Positions 19,508-27,758 of a stretch of DNA of 39,575 nt are shown piece by piece. A program made the translations under genes and the position numbers. Position 1 is the first letter of the stretch, and each line of letters starts with the position of its first letter. Origin of the DNA: a virus (lineage: Duplodnaviria; Caudoviricetes); IMG/VR virus record IMGVR_UViG_3300030376_005037, positions 1 to 39,575 of that record; one strand, given 5' to 3'. The notes beneath the pieces were generated by a model. It worked only from the letters and a program-made list of their open reading frames with translations, made no database searches and had not been told where the DNA came from.

Positions 19508-19875
19508 GAACTATTTTTCGGGAAGTCCTGAAGAATGAGCGAATCAATTTTGAAACACTCAGTATGACCTCCAAACTTGAACATAGGAACATATTTATCT
19601 TGCTTATACATATCATGTAGGTACTGTTCGTGTGCCCACACATTATAAAGGGTACTAGACCAAGTCTTTTGAATACGGATATCGTATCCTTTAAACCCTC
19701 TACTACGCTTTATAATATGTCGCCAATCTTTACCACTAGCTATGCCAACTTTGATACACTCTCGCTCAAAAGTTTTTTCATTGACCAAGACTATGCCGTA
19801 GAGAACTCCCTCTCTATCTTTTTCTTCGGGGTGGTTCTCAAAATAAGTATGATTATACTTACCTATACTTGGCAC
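19504..19875 (-). CDS. GIY-YIG / T5orf172-like protein
   Basis: LYG...IKVGIA...EQYLH...GGHTECF pattern. Confidence 0.6.
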   Translation of the reverse strand: MPSIGKYNHTYFENHPEEKDREGVLYGIVLVNEKTFERECIKVGIASGKDWRHIIKRSRGFKGYDIRIQKTWSSTLYNVWAHEQYLHDMYKQDKYVPMFKFGGHTECFKIDSLILQDFPKNSS

Positions 19876-20450
19876 TATTGCTCGTCAAACCAATTATAAA
19901 CAGCATCATCTAACCACTCCTGTGGAACTATACCACTATCTTCGTATTCGTCCCACCATTCAAAATCAGCTGGCAGTTCATCTATACCTAGTTTTTCGCA
20001 TAGTTGTTCTACAAAGTCATCGCCATCTGTTTCTTCAAAAGAAGTATGGCCGTCTTCGTCTGCCCAAGCTACTCCTATGAAATTACGAAACTCATCTTCA
20101 TAATTCATTCGTAAATCTGTTTTCATATGTGCAGCTAAGTGCCCTAACATTTCGATTGGAGGTGACCATGCTGAATACCCATAAACTTGGGTTTCATCTA
20201 CTTCTTCAATATTACACCACTTTGCTCCAACATTCTCACAATACCAATCATAGCTATTTTCAAGCCAACCATTGTCTTTGTCCCATTCTTGTTCTAAATT
20301 TTCCATGAAGGGTTGCTTTTCTAGTTCTACAGCTTCTGTGACTTCCCATGAAGAATCTTCCCAAGTGCGGGTATAAGTCTGCATTTTGAATGATTTTGTA
20401 AAATCTACATCTTCAGTTGCTGTTATATAAAATGATACATGATTTGCCAT
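19875..20450 (-). CDS. Acidic hypothetical protein, YubB/Api92-like ferredoxin-fold
   Basis: MAN start, YDW..EN.GAKW, SAWSPP, YEDE..NF.G motifs; AAGGAG RBS. Confidence 0.6.
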   Translation of the reverse strand: MANHVSFYITATEDVDFTKSFKMQTYTRTWEDSSWEVTEAVELEKQPFMENLEQEWDKDNGWLENSYDWYCENVGAKWCNIEEVDETQVYGYSAWSPPIEMLGHLAAHMKTDLRMNYEDEFRNFIGVAWADEDGHTSFEETDGDDFVEQLCEKLGIDELPADFEWWDEYEDSGIVPQEWLDDAVYNWFDEQ

Positions 20451-21397
20451 TATAATCTCCTTACTATTCGTGGAATAATTTCTCCACTTCTTATTACTTC
20501 TACTTGACAACCTATTTCAAGGTCTAAATCTACAATGTAGCGCATATTATGTAAAGTTGCTTTACTGACAGTTGCCCCATCTATTTCAATAGGTTCTAAC
20601 ATTGCTACTGGTGATACAACACCAGACTTGCCTACATTCCAAACTACATCAAGTAGAGTAGTTTCTACTCCCTCTTGAATTTGTTTTAGAGCGTAGGCTC
20701 CTCGTGGGTGGTGAGAGGTGTAGCCTCTGTCAGTAAACTCTTTGTGAGAGTTAATTCTAAATACTACACCATCATCTGGGTACTCTGTCCAATTACTATC
20801 GGTAGCAGTATCAAACCCAGACTCAGCCAAAAATACCATGTCGTCAGTCCACTCATCATTCCAAGACTCTTGCAATCCATATGCTATGAAGTGTAAGTCT
20901 CTTGTTGCGAATTCGCTAGTAGACTTGAGATTGAGTGCGCCCGCTGCATAATTGCGAGCATTTTTGATAGTCTTGGGAGCAACAACTTCACCAGTAATTT
21001 GGACTATGTTCTGAACATTATCAATAAATTCAGGAACGAGTGTAGCCATGTGGTCTGTAATATCCAAACCTTTTTTACCGTCGCCTCGTGTTAAGGCACG
21101 AAGATATTGCCCCTCGACATATAGTAATGAAACTGCAGCGCCGTCCAGTTTAGGACTTACAATTACGCTACCCTTGTAATTGTTAAACGGGTCTTTTACT
21201 CCAGCTTCATTTGAGAAAACTTTTTGTAAAGAATACATTTGATACATATGAGGTATTCGGTTATCACTACTTGAAGTTCCTACTTCTTCGTAGCCCGCTA
21301 TCTCAGAAAGTCTATCAAAAGCTGTGTCCGACATGGTAGGGTTTCCATTATAGTAGTCGGTCGCTGCTTGTTGTAATACTTCTTTTAAATTTTCCAT
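20450..21397 (-). CDS. NAD-dependent DNA ligase subunit A (adenylation and OB domains)
   Basis: YY.G.P.MSD..FD, MYSLQK, PKLDG, LTRGDG, ITGE, PDDGVV, SKATLHN, RSGEIIP motifs. Confidence 0.95.
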   Translation of the reverse strand: MENLKEVLQQAATDYYNGNPTMSDTAFDRLSEIAGYEEVGTSSSDNRIPHMYQMYSLQKVFSNEAGVKDPFNNYKGSVIVSPKLDGAAVSLLYVEGQYLRALTRGDGKKGLDITDHMATLVPEFIDNVQNIVQITGEVVAPKTIKNARNYAAGALNLKSTSEFATRDLHFIAYGLQESWNDEWTDDMVFLAESGFDTATDSNWTEYPDDGVVFRINSHKEFTDRGYTSHHPRGAYALKQIQEGVETTLLDVVWNVGKSGVVSPVAMLEPIEIDGATVSKATLHNMRYIVDLDLEIGCQVEVIRSGEIIPRIVRRL

Positions 21398-21403
21398 TTA
21401 TAT

Positions 21404-21432
21404 ATTATACTATTTTTTCGAAGCCGTGTCAA
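21404..21432 (-). promoter_or_regulatory. Sigma70 promoter for ligase A
   Basis: TTGACA-17-TATAAT; ATG 6 nt downstream. Confidence 0.88.
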
Positions 21433-21441
21433 GAATTATTT

Positions 21442-21744
21442 TCAGTTAAGGTAAATTTTATCTAGTATATCTTTGAAGTGTTCTTCTAAAATATCTTTTG
21501 CCTCGGCAAGAGAGATAATCTCTACTAGTCCTTCAAACAATCCCCTAGAATTGTTGAAATCCAGCTTCATTGCTACCCCATCTTTGGACGGCTTAAAGTC
21601 GCCATCAAAGTCGAGGTAATATTTTCTTAGATGTAAGTATTCAACATCTCGAAATGTATTGATAGTTAGTCTTATTTGTTCGGTTGCTTCTTCATTCTCG
21701 GAGATAATCTTTTCGTATATCTCTGGAGCCTCATGCAACATCAT
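21442..21744 (-). CDS. PC4/p15-like ssDNA-binding protein
   Basis: RLT..TFR..EYL.LRKYY......KP.K.G pattern; T5 synteny. Confidence 0.8.
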   Translation of the reverse strand: MMLHEAPEIYEKIISENEEATEQIRLTINTFRDVEYLHLRKYYLDFDGDFKPSKDGVAMKLDFNNSRGLFEGLVEIISLAEAKDILEEHFKDILDKIYLN

Positions 21745-22007
21745 CTTTTATTCCTCAGCACTGAACTAAGGGGTTGAATGTTAGTCACATTTTTGGGCAT
21801 CAAAAGTCTGTAAGAATCAGTATCCCAACAAAACAAAAGAACCGTATCCGCTGTTTCTTTGGCACGGTTCTTTTTACTTTGTATATACTTATTATCAAAA
21901 TCTAAAGTACAAACATTGTACTTAAGTTTTCGAGAGTTAGTACTTCGGTATGTGATAATTGCGTCTCCACAATTCTTCACTTGACTTATAAAGTCTTGCT
22001 TTTTCAC
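21741..22007 (-). CDS. Conserved T5-like hypothetical protein (SH3/WYL-like)
   Basis: Y.VCTLDFDNKYI and FCWDTDSYR motifs; GTG start with GGAG RBS. Confidence 0.75.
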   Translation of the reverse strand: MKKQDFISQVKNCGDAIITYRSTNSRKLKYNVCTLDFDNKYIQSKKNRAKETADTVLLFCWDTDSYRLLMPKNVTNIQPLSSVLRNKR

Positions 22008-22064
22008 TATAATACTCCATTACTATTAAGAAAACTCTTTCTCTTTAGTAATGGGTAGTATTAA

Positions 22065-22421
22065 TTAGTTATTGATTGCGTTGATAACACCTGTGAAGTA
22101 TACTGATGCTTTACCTGTCAATTTATCAATGATGTCGTCATCAATATCTTGACCAGCATCACTCAATGCATCTTTCAATGACTGAGCAGCGTCAGCTTTA
22201 CTTACTCTAGTACCACCGCCACCAGAGGCTTTGGCTGTACCAGTTGCAGGGGCTTTCTTAACATATACGCCAGCTTTTGTCAAAATCATTCTGACTCCGT
22301 TAGGGCTTTCACCTAACTCTTCAGCTATATCTTTTACAATCTCCATTGAAGTTTCTGGAGTTGGTTCAGCTTCTGTATACATTTCAACGGCTTGAGCTTT
22401 GGATTCATCTGTCCATGCCAT
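22065..22421 (-). CDS. T5 D3-like DNA-binding protein
   Basis: MAWTDESK..AVEMY, SPNGVRMILTKAGVYVKK, RVSK motifs; AGGAG RBS. An in-frame upstream ATG lies at 22511. Confidence 0.85.
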   Translation of the reverse strand: MAWTDESKAQAVEMYTEAEPTPETSMEIVKDIAEELGESPNGVRMILTKAGVYVKKAPATGTAKASGGGGTRVSKADAAQSLKDALSDAGQDIDDDIIDKLTGKASVYFTGVINAINN

Positions 22422-22519
22422 GCGTCTTCTCCTGTTGTTTTTGAGATACTCAGGTAGGCCTGGTGCCCAACCTGTTTTTTCTCTCATTTGTTGATAAAAT
22501 CTATCTCCCATATATTAAT

Positions 22520-22548
22520 ATTATACAGAAAAATAGACGCCAAGTCAA
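22520..22548 (-). promoter_or_regulatory. Sigma70 promoter for D3
   Basis: TTGACT-17-TATAAT. Confidence 0.85.
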
Positions 22549-22566
22549 GAACTATATTTTAGTTCC

Positions 22567-22767
22567 TTACCATTTAAGATTATCAATATAATCTAATTTT
22601 TCTTGTGCATGAACTGCTTTTTCTATTTGTTCATTTACTGCACCTATTATATCTGAGTGTTCTCCAATACCTGCAGAGTTGCTAAGATATATTTTTATGT
22701 TTGCATTTGCTTCTGCTAAGTCTCCTGTGTACTTAGCTTTTAGTGCGTCTCTTATAATTTGATTCAT
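22567..22767 (-). CDS. Conserved small phage protein
   Basis: ANI.IYL.N.AGIGEHSDI motif typical of marine phage hypotheticals. Confidence 0.75.
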   Translation of the reverse strand: MNQIIRDALKAKYTGDLAEANANIKIYLSNSAGIGEHSDIIGAVNEQIEKAVHAQEKLDYIDNLKW

Positions 22768-23027
22768 TTACTTTTTCCTAATATACCATTTACATATGCC
22801 ATAACCCATTTTCTTCTTGATTCTTCAAAAAGGGCTACAGGCCAAACAAATGGGGTTATAATTAACATTCCTAGACAATACACTATAAAGTGTAGTATTC
22901 TATTATTTTTTATAAATGCACCTTTTTGGTCTTTTTCAATCATGCGCATACTAATGGAATATGTTCTCCAAATTAGCATAAGCCATGTTGTAAACCAAAA
23001 AGACGCTATAAACGTCCATGGCTCCAT
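22764..23027 (-). CDS. Hypothetical membrane protein
   Basis: Two hydrophobic segments; AAGGAG RBS. Confidence 0.7.
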   Translation of the reverse strand: MEPWTFIASFWFTTWLMLIWRTYSISMRMIEKDQKGAFIKNNRILHFIVYCLGMLIITPFVWPVALFEESRRKWVMAYVNGILGKSK

Positions 23028-23038
23028 GCTGTTTCTCC

Positions 23039-23716
23039 TTAAATTTCAGCGCCGTACTTTTCTAAGTGTTTTAAACTGCCTAAATCATAGGCTAGTGCGT
23101 GAGCATTGAACCCACCTATATCTTGAAAGCCAAAGTAAGGACTCTCAAAGTTTGATAATTCTATTACATATACTTGGTAGCATTTTGCCCCATATTTTTC
23201 TACATAATTTGTAGAAGTATGTATTGTTTCTTTTTTAACTATGCCTGGTAGGTCATATCTTGCACACCATACTTTTTCACCCTCTTCAAAATCTTCTTTT
23301 ACACACTCGTCTGGAAGGTATCCAATCTTGTGCTTTCCGCCTTGTTCTGTTTTAGGTCTTTTTTCTGGTATACCTACTTTGTTTATTATATTTTTAACAA
23401 AAGTAGAACTACGATACATTGATTTTGCAATTTCTGATACTGGCATTTCATCTAAATACCACTCTATTACTTGCTTTATTTCTGCCTTCGTAGCTTTTGT
23501 TCCTTTTAGGGAAGCTTTTCTTTTTGCTCTATACTCCATAGTATCTCTATGCTCTTCCATAATATTGTTAAGCCTAGTAGTATTGTATGTTATATTTAGC
23601 ATTTCGCAAGCCTCTTTCTTTGTTATAGGCTTATTACTATTAAGTGCTTCCCACACTCTTTGTAAATTTGTATCGTCTAGTTTTTCATGTGATTTCGCAC
23701 GAACTCCTCTCGGCAT
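23039..23716 (-). CDS. T5 D2-like protein
   Basis: TKKEACEML...NTTRL and EIAKSMYRS..FVK motifs; synteny. Confidence 0.8.
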   Translation of the reverse strand: MPRGVRAKSHEKLDDTNLQRVWEALNSNKPITKKEACEMLNITYNTTRLNNIMEEHRDTMEYRAKRKASLKGTKATKAEIKQVIEWYLDEMPVSEIAKSMYRSSTFVKNIINKVGIPEKRPKTEQGGKHKIGYLPDECVKEDFEEGEKVWCARYDLPGIVKKETIHTSTNYVEKYGAKCYQVYVIELSNFESPYFGFQDIGGFNAHALAYDLGSLKHLEKYGAEI

Positions 23717-24030
23717 TATTCCACTCCTTCTTGCATATGGTCTTCAAATTCTCTAAGTTTTTCTTTTTCTTCTTTATCCATTTGACCTAAGAGTATGATA
23801 GCATAGTGAATAATTTTATATAAGTCTGCCTCATTTCTGCCCTCTTTCTTACCGAAACGCTGAGCATACTTTAGAATATTGCCTATACAAAAACTTTCTC
23901 CATGACCTGCATCAAAAGTGACCTCTGTTGTTTGTATTTTTCCCTTGCCATAGTGTTGCTCATAAGTGAAGTCTATGTACTTTTTTAACTTATTTAAAAT
24001 TATATCTTCATTAAATTTATTACCCTGCAT
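23716..24030 (-). CDS. DUF3310-like protein (T7 gp1.7 nucleotide-kinase-like)
   Basis: HY...FC.GNILKYAQR.GKK.G..DL.K..HY pattern. Confidence 0.75.
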   Translation of the reverse strand: MQGNKFNEDIILNKLKKYIDFTYEQHYGKGKIQTTEVTFDAGHGESFCIGNILKYAQRFGKKEGRNEADLYKIIHYAIILLGQMDKEEKEKLREFEDHMQEGVE

Positions 24031-24175
24031 TTAGTTTCTCCCTAATTTTTGTACTTACTTTATAATACCAGTCTGACTGCTGTATAAATACTATTAAGTA
24101 AAACCAAAATGCAAGTGAAAAAGCGTATTTAAATACATAGAAAGGCATCATTAAAAATGTTTGCACATATTCCAT
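24020..24175 (-). CDS. Small membrane protein (51 aa, not in ORF track)
   Basis: Read by hand: MEYVQTFLMMPFYVFKYAFSLAFWFYLIVFIQQSDWYYKVSTKIREKLNAG; TAATG coupling and GGAG RBS. Confidence 0.65.
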   Translation of the reverse strand: MEYVQTFLMMPFYVFKYAFSLAFWFYLIVFIQQSDWYYKVSTKIREKLNAG

Positions 24176-24390
24176 TAGCTATTCACTCCTAACACCCAGT
24201 TCTCGGCAGCATCTTCTGCCCACCTTTCACTCTTGCCTTTGTGAACTATATCTTCTATCCATATACTAGCTGTACCACCTTTTTTATCGTAGTATCTAGT
24301 AGCCCAATGCCCATTCATTGTTTTCCACACTTCAGCTGTGCGATCGCCCTGTTGATAGGTATGGTAGTGTTCTTTCATCATTACCATCAT
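24175..24390 (-). CDS. Hypothetical protein
   Basis: KSERWAEDAAENWVLG motif common in marine phages; coupled start and stop. Confidence 0.75.
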   Translation of the reverse strand: MMVMMKEHYHTYQQGDRTAEVWKTMNGHWATRYYDKKGGTASIWIEDIVHKGKSERWAEDAAENWVLGVNS

Positions 24391-24803
24391 ATATCTCCTT
24401 CTTGTCGCACTTCACTACGCACAACTTCAAACCCATTTGGATATCTACTCTCTAGTTTTCTAATATTTTCTTCCATTACTTGTTGAGGTGTATACCCAAG
24501 TGCTTTGCAGCCTTGCACCCAATACCACAAGACATCTCCCAACTCACGCATGAGATGAAATCTTTCTTGCTCATTGAATTCTTTTCCCTGAAAGATAATC
24601 TTTTTGATTACCTCTGAAAACTCTCCTGATTCAGCTTGCATACCTATTGATGCTGTAAGTAGCTGCGAGAATTCTACTGGTGTATGTATATCTAACTCTA
24701 AAAGTCTGTCTACTAAAGCTAATGTGCTTAGACTTTCTTCTGAGGTTGTTGACACTACGAAATCTCCATAGTGATTAAATTGTTTTTGTTCTGTATCTGT
24801 CAT
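24387..24803 (-). CDS. mazG: MazG-like NTP pyrophosphohydrolase
   Basis: G..AESGEF.E..KK, ELGDVLWY, N..KL..RYP motifs. Confidence 0.9.
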   Translation of the reverse strand: MTDTEQKQFNHYGDFVVSTTSEESLSTLALVDRLLELDIHTPVEFSQLLTASIGMQAESGEFSEVIKKIIFQGKEFNEQERFHLMRELGDVLWYWVQGCKALGYTPQQVMEENIRKLESRYPNGFEVVRSEVRQEGDI

Positions 24804-24810
24804 CTTGTCC

Positions 24811-24930
24811 TTAATGTGTCTGGTTGTTATTTTTATACCATTTGGCTAACCAAGTATCTATTTTTTCTTGTGTCCAATTACTTGGAAAGTATACTGATAA
24901 GTAAGGTTTATCTCGTAATACGACTTTCAT
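24811..24930 (-). CDS. Small protein (39 aa, not in ORF track)
   Basis: MKVVLRDKPYLSVYFPSNWTQEKIDTWLAKWYKNNNQTH with GAGGAGG RBS. Confidence 0.6.
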   Translation of the reverse strand: MKVVLRDKPYLSVYFPSNWTQEKIDTWLAKWYKNNNQTH

Positions 24931-25477
24931 AGTCTGCCTCCTCGTCATTCCACCAATGTGGTTTTCCTCTTACTTTCCAACTGGCAAAGGTTGCTTTGTC
25001 TTTGTGGTAGAATCTTCTGTAAGCTTCGACTGCGTTTTCTCCTTTAAGTGAGTCAGGCATAGCTTGTGCAAATGGTGTAAGTCCACGCCTTGGTATACTG
25101 ATGTCGGGTAGTAGTAATATGCAGTCACGCACTGATTTATGGGACTTTCCATATCTAACTCCGTATTCTTCATCGAGGGCGAGTGCCAAACAGTAGAGCC
25201 ATTCATAGTTGTCGAGACTCTCGCGTACCCATATGCTACAAGGGTGATTGTGCATAGTAGGGAGATAAGGATAATCCCTTGGCTCATTTTGTTTTTGTTC
25301 TTTAACTTTATTCCATTCATCTGATTCTAGTTTTCTTGGTATATCACCTACATACTTGTTTATCCAATGTGCTGTGCAAAGCATCTGTGCTGACTCCAGT
25401 ATCATCTTGATAACATGGCGATCAACATGAGCTTCCGCACACTTGTCTATGTTTTCGTCAAGTATAAAAATATTCAT
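24908..25477 (-). CDS. Pyrimidine-dimer DNA glycosylase-like (DenV / Pyr_excise family)
   Basis: MNIF.LD, D.HV.KM.LESAQML, HNHPC..W, F.QAMP, AYR..Y motifs. Confidence 0.8.
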   Translation of the reverse strand: MNIFILDENIDKCAEAHVDRHVIKMILESAQMLCTAHWINKYVGDIPRKLESDEWNKVKEQKQNEPRDYPYLPTMHNHPCSIWVRESLDNYEWLYCLALALDEEYGVRYGKSHKSVRDCILLLPDISIPRRGLTPFAQAMPDSLKGENAVEAYRRFYHKDKATFASWKVRGKPHWWNDEEADYESRITR

Positions 25478-25483
25478 AATGAT

Positions 25484-25512
25484 ATTATACTAAATTTTGA
25501 GGGCGATGTCAA
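25484..25512 (-). promoter_or_regulatory. Sigma70 promoter
   Basis: TTGACA-17-TATAAT; ATG 6 nt downstream. Confidence 0.88.
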
Positions 25513-26051
25513 GAACTGTTTTTTGCTTCTTCAATAAAGTTCTTTTGTCTAAAGAATACTGATAAACTAAATCTATAGCTGGGAGCTATATGTGAAGCTG
25601 GTCTAATAGAGTGAGGTATTTTGCCGTCAAAAACGACAGCAGAATTTGTGTGATACAGAGATGTGCCTATACAATGTGTCATAGAATCATCATAGAAAAT
25701 AGTTTCTCCATAATATTCTTTCTTCCAGTCTGGATTTATGTAATAGGTTATTACTGTTGATGTCCCATGAGTATGAGGGAATTGAATTGAGGAAGGAGTT
25801 GCTAAGTTTATTACTGCTTTATCAAACTGTAAGTCTTTTACTAAGTCTTTCATAGGCTCGTTTTGTATGCCTTCAATAAAGTCTAGCTGTCTCCAATCTG
25901 CTCTACTAATATCTGAGTGTAAGCAAGGATACTGTCTATACTCAAAGGTAGATGTATCGCCCCACCCTATTTTATAGTCTGCATTTATAGCATACATATA
26001 AATTTCTTCTCGGTGGTTTTCTGTCAAAACATTGTGGAATATTTCAATCAT
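25509..26051 (-). CDS. 2OG-Fe(II) oxygenase-like
   Basis: PHTH, YYIN.DW...YGET.F, FDG.IPH..RP, RFS motifs. Confidence 0.8.
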   Translation of the reverse strand: MIEIFHNVLTENHREEIYMYAINADYKIGWGDTSTFEYRQYPCLHSDISRADWRQLDFIEGIQNEPMKDLVKDLQFDKAVINLATPSSIQFPHTHGTSTVITYYINPDWKKEYYGETIFYDDSMTHCIGTSLYHTNSAVVFDGKIPHSIRPASHIAPSYRFSLSVFFRQKNFIEEAKNSS

Positions 26052-26284
26052 CTAAACATTTGCTCAAATTCTGTATATCCACCTATGCTTTTACCATTGA
26101 TAGTTATTTGTGGGAATGTTCTAGCATTAGGAAAATTTTTCATCATATCTTCCATTTCAAAGTCTACACCTAGTTTATATACTGCATACTTATTAGGTGC
26201 TTCTTGTACTAATTGTTGTGCAAGTCTAACTGCTTTGTCGCAAAAAGGACAGTTGTCTTTGCTATAAATTTCTATATCTACCAT
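26048..26284 (-). CDS. grx: Glutaredoxin
   Basis: YSKDNCPFC, RTFPQI, IGGY motifs. Confidence 0.93.
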   Translation of the reverse strand: MVDIEIYSKDNCPFCDKAVRLAQQLVQEAPNKYAVYKLGVDFEMEDMMKNFPNARTFPQITINGKSIGGYTEFEQMFR

Positions 26285-26397
26285 ACTATTCCTATCAAAT
26301 ACATACACAAGCCCATGAAACCAAGCATTAATACTTGTACTACGGACATGATAGCAACTTGCTTCATGGGGTGTATTTTTTCTATATCTACTTTAAT
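26278..26397 (-). CDS. Small membrane protein, start uncertain
   Basis: Hydrophobic C-terminal segment fills the gap between genes; candidate starts are ATT 26397, ATG 26367 or TTG 26466. Confidence 0.45.
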   Translation of the reverse strand: MKVDIEKIHPMKQVAIMSVVQVLMLGFMGLCMYLIGIVW

Positions 26398-26773
26398 CTT
26401 TTTGTCCTGCTGTTGGGGCTTTATGTGTTCCAGCATATAGTCCAAACCAAGCTGCGCCTGCTCCAACTAATACTGATATTAAACCCGATTGTTCCAATGA
26501 TGGTTCTGGTAAATCCATGAACCAAAATGTTGCGAAGTATAAAAGAAACATATAAATACTTAGGAAGGCTCTTGGAAATATTCTCCATGAGTCAACTGCT
26601 TGTGCAAAGAAAATCCACTTTTGAAATGGATTAACATTGCTTATATCTTCTAGCTCTCTTATTCTATCTTTGAGTTCGGACTTCTCTTGTAATAAAGCCA
26701 TAAACTTATTAAGGTCTATCTCAACTTCGTTTCTGTCCATATCACCTGAGAATTGTCCCATATTATTATTCAT
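26393..26773 (-). CDS. Two-TM membrane protein, possible holin
   Basis: DSWRIFPR...WFM.L..P..EQSGLISV.VGAGAAWFGLY; lies near the lysozyme gene. Confidence 0.6.
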   Translation of the reverse strand: MNNNMGQFSGDMDRNEVEIDLNKFMALLQEKSELKDRIRELEDISNVNPFQKWIFFAQAVDSWRIFPRAFLSIYMFLLYFATFWFMDLPEPSLEQSGLISVLVGAGAAWFGLYAGTHKAPTAGQKD

Positions 26774-26918
26774 CTAATAACTCTCCCAGTTTTTTACGAA
26801 GGGGTATTAACTCCTCTTCGTAGCTTTGCCATAGTGAAGGACTCTTAGTTGCCTTTTGGTTTTCTTCGAGTACTTTTATGGCTACCTTTAGATTATTAAT
26901 CCGAATCTTGGTATTCAT
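26766..26918 (-). CDS. Small protein (50 aa, not in ORF track)
   Basis: MNTKIRINNLKVAIKVLEENQKATKSPSLWQSYEEELIPLRKKLGELLDE; AAGGA RBS; fills the gap. Confidence 0.6.
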   Translation of the reverse strand: MNTKIRINNLKVAIKVLEENQKATKSPSLWQSYEEELIPLRKKLGELLDE

Positions 26919-27108
26919 TAAGTAAATCCTTAATCCACTTATTTTCTACTTGTTCAATATCTAAAGGTGTTGTATCTGATGCGATAATTACAGGCTCTGA
27001 AAGTAATTTATTATGCTCTGCATAAATACCATCTACCCAATCACCTACATCAGTATTGTCTAGTTTTACTACTAGCTCAACTCTATGTATCTGTGTTTTG
27101 TCTGCCAT
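26896..27108 (-). CDS. Hypothetical protein
   Basis: AAGGA RBS before MADKTQ. Confidence 0.65.
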   Translation of the reverse strand: MADKTQIHRVELVVKLDNTDVGDWVDGIYAEHNKLLSEPVIIASDTTPLDIEQVENKWIKDLLNEYQDSD

Positions 27109-27283
27109 TTTGTTCCTTTTGTAAGTCTGCAATCTTTACATATGCTCTATACTTTGCTTCGTTTTCTACTGCTACCATATCTCTCAAATGTTTTATACTT
27201 GCTCTTAGCTTAGTTATTTCTTTCTGTTGCTCACAGATAATTAGTCTTTGTTCTTCTTCAAGGGTATTGTTTAAGTCCTTCAT
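27083..27283 (-). CDS. Hypothetical coiled-coil protein
   Basis: ATGA coupling to the upstream SET frame. Confidence 0.65.
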   Translation of the reverse strand: MKDLNNTLEEEQRLIICEQQKEITKLRASIKHLRDMVAVENEAKYRAYVKIADLQKEQNGRQNTDT

Positions 27284-27621
27284 AGAATGTCATCATATCC
27301 TACTGTGTAGTAGACTGTCAGTTCTTCTCCTGTTTCTATAGGTCTTATAGTATACAACTCTCTTTGTTGTCCATCATGATAATGAACATTTGTATGTATA
27401 AAACAGTTAGGTTCAGAACTATGGTTTATAAATCCTCCTAATGGTGTGCGTATCCAGTCCCACCTATTGGCTTCCCAAATATGTGTTTCTCCTAAATATA
27501 CGCCCGCCTTTAGTGGTTCGAGGGTGTGTAAGCCTAACCCATTGATTTCGCTAGGCTCTATTACTAACTGGTCTGGGAGAGGTCTGTAGTGTCCTGCTCC
27601 AAATTTGATTGTTTTGTTAAT
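27280..27621 (-). CDS. SET-domain protein (putative lysine methyltransferase), non-canonical start, missing from ORF track
   Basis: Read by hand: INKTIKFGAGHYRPLPDQLVIEPSEINGLGLHTLEPLKAG...RTPLGGFINHSSEPNC...IRPIETGEELTVYY; GxG, NHS..PN and GEELT..Y SET motifs. Confidence 0.85.
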   Translation of the reverse strand: MNKTIKFGAGHYRPLPDQLVIEPSEINGLGLHTLEPLKAGVYLGETHIWEANRWDWIRTPLGGFINHSSEPNCFIHTNVHYHDGQQRELYTIRPIETGEELTVYYTVGYDDIL

Positions 27622-27758
27622 TTCTTTTCCCTTAATAATGTAAATGCTTCTGCAATATACTCATCAATAGTCATTCCACGCTCTGCTGCCTGCTGGCACA
27701 TTGCGTCCCACATATGCTGACCTATTGTATAGGTCTGCCCTTCAAAGTTAATGTCCAA
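27564..27758 (-). CDS. Hypothetical protein (ribbon-helix-helix-like)
   Basis: Likely TTG start with GAGG; AAERGMTIDEYI segment. Confidence 0.55.
   Translation of the reverse strand: MDINFEGQTYTIGQHMWDAMCQQAAERGMTIDEYIAEAFTLLREKKLTKQSNLEQDTTDLSQTS

Noticed and set aside
21981-22013. + strand TTGACT...TATAAT
   Set aside because: The 21-bp spacer is too long for sigma70.
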